From the NCBI GenBank assembly GCA_033763315.1, contig JANRKS010000009.1, positions 320,001 to 384,000 on the forward strand: a DNA stretch of 64,000 bases, given 5' to 3'. Position 1 is the first letter of the stretch, and each line of letters starts with the position of its first letter. This DNA is from Deltaproteobacteria bacterium. GTDB taxonomy: Bacteria; Myxococcota_A; Polyangia; Fen-1088. The notes beneath the pieces were generated by a model. That model did no database searches. It saw only the letters and a list, made by a program, of their open reading frames with translations, and was not told where the DNA came from. Shown piece after piece: positions 61,531 to 64,000 of the stretch. The translations under genes were made by a program, and so were the position numbers.

Positions 61531-62991
61531 ATGGCCGTGGGAGAGCTGCAACCGCCCCAGGAAGAGTCCTTGGTCGGGAAAGTTGTTTCGGACCGCTATC
61601 GCATCATCAAGAAGTTGGGCGAGGGCGGCATGGGAGCCGTGTATCTGGCCGAGCACGTCTTCATCGAGAAGAAGGTTGCGCTCAAAGTTCTCTCCCCGGA
61701 TTTTGCGCGCAAAGCTGATCTCACCGCGCGCTTTCTCCAAGAAGCCAAAAGCGCCTCGCGCATCGGCCACGAGAATGTGATCGACATTTCCGACTTCGGT
61801 CAATCGCCCGAAGGCCTTGTTTACTTCGCCATGGAGTTTCTCAAGGGCGAAGATTTAGGCCAGGCCGTGCGCGGCGGTGGTGCGATGCCCTGGCGGCGTG
61901 CCAAGCCGATCGTCATTCAAATCTGCAAAGCCTTGGGTGCCGCTCACGCCAAGGGCATCATCCACCGCGACATGAAGCCTGAGAACGTCTTCCTGATCGA
62001 AAAGGAGGGGCGGCCGGACTTCGTGAAGCTTTTGGATTTCGGCATCGCCAAAGTGCAAACCGAAGGTGGTGAAGAAGGCCCAAAGCTCACACGCACCGGT
62101 ATGATCTTCGGCACGCCGGAATACATGGCGCCCGAGCAAGCCGAAGGCAAAGTCTGCGATCAACGTGCCGACCTTTACGCCGTGGGCTGCGTCATCAACC
62201 ACCTCATTGCGGGTCAACCACCGTTTCAGGCCGACAATTTTGTGGGCATGCTGACCAAGCACCTGCTTGAGGCGCCCAAGCCACCCAGCGTTCTGAATCC
62301 ACGCATGGGGATCACCGCCGAGCTCGACGCGCTGGTGCTCAAGGCGCTGTCGAAGCAGCCGGAAAAGCGCCACCAAAACATGGCCGAGCTGATGGCGGCG
62401 GTTGAAGCCATTCCCACGGGAGACGAAGACAGCGCGTCTGGATCGGGCACCCGCGGGCCCGTTCGGACGCCCGCCCCCGGCAGCATGACTCGCCCGATGG
62501 GCGGCGCTGAAGTGATGCCGGTCATCGCCACGACCAACCGCACCTCGAACACGGCCTTGCTTTCAGATGGCGATGATTCGCCGCTTCGCGAGCGCACCGA
62601 ATTCGTGGGCGGCAAACGCAGCAACAAAGGTGCGTTGGTGGTGGGCGGCATTGCCTTGGGCGTGGTTGTGGCGCTCGGCTGGCTGCTGTTTGGCCGCAGC
62701 GCAGCGCCGCCAGCAACCGTGGCACCTGCGCCCACCGCGGCCGCTCCCACGCCTGCGGCAGCGCCGGTGCCTGCCGCCCCGCCGGCGGCGGCTCCGACGC
62801 CGGCGTCAAAACCACCCGAGCCTGCAGAGGCCCCGCAAGAGCCACGCGCCGTCGGCAAACATCGTGAGCCGCCTGCGCCCAAATACCGGCGGATTGTGGC
62901 ACCCGATGAGCCGTCAACGCCGCCACCGACGCCAAAAACAAAAGAGCCCGGCAATACACCTGCCGAGCTCAAAGGTTTTCCGGGCGAGTAG
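61531..62991 (+). CDS. Membrane Hanks-type Ser/Thr protein kinase
   Basis: LGEGGMGAVY, VALK, HRDMKPEN, DFG, GTPEYMAPE; single TM helix; Pro/Ala-rich tail. Confidence 0.96.
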   Translation: MAVGELQPPQEESLVGKVVSDRYRIIKKLGEGGMGAVYLAEHVFIEKKVALKVLSPDFARKADLTARFLQEAKSASRIGHENVIDISDFGQSPEGLVYFAMEFLKGEDLGQAVRGGGAMPWRRAKPIVIQICKALGAAHAKGIIHRDMKPENVFLIEKEGRPDFVKLLDFGIAKVQTEGGEEGPKLTRTGMIFGTPEYMAPEQAEGKVCDQRADLYAVGCVINHLIAGQPPFQADNFVGMLTKHLLEAPKPPSVLNPRMGITAELDALVLKALSKQPEKRHQNMAELMAAVEAIPTGDEDSASGSGTRGPVRTPAPGSMTRPMGGAEVMPVIATTNRTSNTALLSDGDDSPLRERTEFVGGKRSNKGALVVGGIALGVVVALGWLLFGRSAAPPATVAPAPTAAAPTPAAAPVPAAPPAAAPTPASKPPEPAEAPQEPRAVGKHREPPAPKYRRIVAPDEPSTPPPTPKTKEPGNTPAELKGFPGE

Positions 62992-63011
62992 CGAAGCCGC
63001 TTGGGCTTCGC
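62991..63011. terminator. Hairpin between convergent kinase and helicase genes
   Basis: GCGAAGCC-GCTTG-GGCTTCGC; no T-tract. Confidence 0.35.
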
Positions 63012-63025
63012 CGAATGGTCAACGA

Positions 63026-64000
63026 CTAGAAGCGCTCGCGCCGCGGCTTTGCCACTTCACACACCAGGCTGCGGCCGTTGTGTTCGCGGCCGTTCAAGGC
63101 CTCCACCAACGCCTGCGCTCGGCCTTCTTCCACGTTGATGTAGCTGTGGGTGTTCATCACCTCCACGGCGTCTCGCGACAAGCGCACGCCCGCACTCTCA
63201 AGCAGGGCAACCACGTCGTCGGACCGCACGCGGTCCTTACGGCCCAGGTTTAAGTACAAGCGCGCGCCCGAAGCCTCGTCTTGCGCTGGTGTTGCGGTGC
63301 GCGGCACTTCGCCGCGCGGGGCGCTGCCGTCGTCCTGCCACACCGCCGCGAAGTCATCAGCCTGCCGCGCGGGTCGCGCCTCGCTTGCCACCGCAGGGCG
63401 CGGGCGTTCCCCGCGATCGCTCCGGTCACCGCGATCGCGTTCGGGGCGTCGTTCGCCACCGTCGCGCTCCGGTCGTCGCTCACCGTCGCGGAACCGGTCT
63501 GGACGTGAGCGCCGGGCGTACCGATCGTCTGCGCCAAGGTCAGCAGGTGCCGTGGTTGGCGCATTCGTGCTTTCAGCGCGCGCCGCCACAGGCGCCGGTG
63601 CCACTACGGGCGGCGCTTGGGGCGCGGAGGTCACAACGGGAGGCCTCGGCGCCACCGGTGCTTGCATCACTGAGGCGCTGGCCGCTTGCTGCTCCAACAA
63701 AGCTTCAGCCGTCACGGGATCTTGGTCCTGTTCGCGCCTCGGCGCACGCTCACCGCGTTCGTAACGTGAGCGAGGACGTTCGCCACGGTCGCGGAAGTTG
63801 CCGCGTTCCCGCTCCCCCCGATCGCGCTCGCCGCGCGGCCGCTCGCTGCGCGTGTGAACCGGCTCGGGGGCGCCCCCCGCGCTTTCATCAGCCGCAACAC
63901 GCTCCTTCACAGGTTCAACGGGCCGCGCTTTGCTCAAGCGCTCCTTCAACAACGCCGCAATTAAGTGCTCCGAGTCGAGCCCTGTCATCACCCGCCGTGC
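63026..64000 (-). CDS. C-terminal part of a probable DEAD-box RNA helicase (DbpA-type RNA-binding domain); 5' end outside the window
   Basis: RLYLNLGRKDRV..EVMNTHSYINV..LNGREHNGR..CEVA; frame open to the window edge; helicase core not visible. Confidence 0.72.
   Translation of the reverse strand, partial: ARRVMTGLDSEHLIAALLKERLSKARPVEPVKERVAADESAGGAPEPVHTRSERPRGERDRGERERGNFRDRGERPRSRYERGERAPRREQDQDPVTAEALLEQQAASASVMQAPVAPRPPVVTSAPQAPPVVAPAPVAARAESTNAPTTAPADLGADDRYARRSRPDRFRDGERRPERDGGERRPERDRGDRSDRGERPRPAVASEARPARQADDFAAVWQDDGSAPRGEVPRTATPAQDEASGARLYLNLGRKDRVRSDDVVALLESAGVRLSRDAVEVMNTHSYINVEEGRAQALVEALNGREHNGRSLVCEVAKPRRERF

Overview
GC-rich, gene-dense bacterial chromosome segment. A MYXO-CTERM-type sorting signal, giant TPR proteins, a membrane Ser/Thr kinase and the TonB receptor family point to Myxococcota (inference). 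About 43 CDS. Housekeeping genes: P-II, psd, tilS-ftsH-folP-glmM-nnr, ychF, amtB, mtnP, slyD, a CCA enzyme, comEC and a partial DEAD-box helicase. Accessory modules: a complete ebo set split into two convergent operons, Planctomycete-type DUF1553/DUF1501 and CxxCH genes, a degenerate ETF pair, and tandem giant TPR proteins with a kinase. The best candidate for an undescribed system is 22175-29455 (minus strand): TonB-dependent receptor, lipoprotein, ECF sigma, membrane anti-sigma, and an exported caspase-like protease with a predicted outer-membrane barrel. Its two transcription units carry the same in-register motif GGTAACA-N11-CGCCGGTGTT-N12-CCCCAC, suggesting a protease-gated trans-envelope ECF circuit. 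A second clan-CD protease fused to PDZ and thioredoxin domains lies about 1.4 kb beyond the receptor gene start. I saw no tRNA, rRNA, CRISPR array or IS element. All family calls are from motif recognition by eye; no searches were run. Several start codons are moved downstream of the ORF-track starts.
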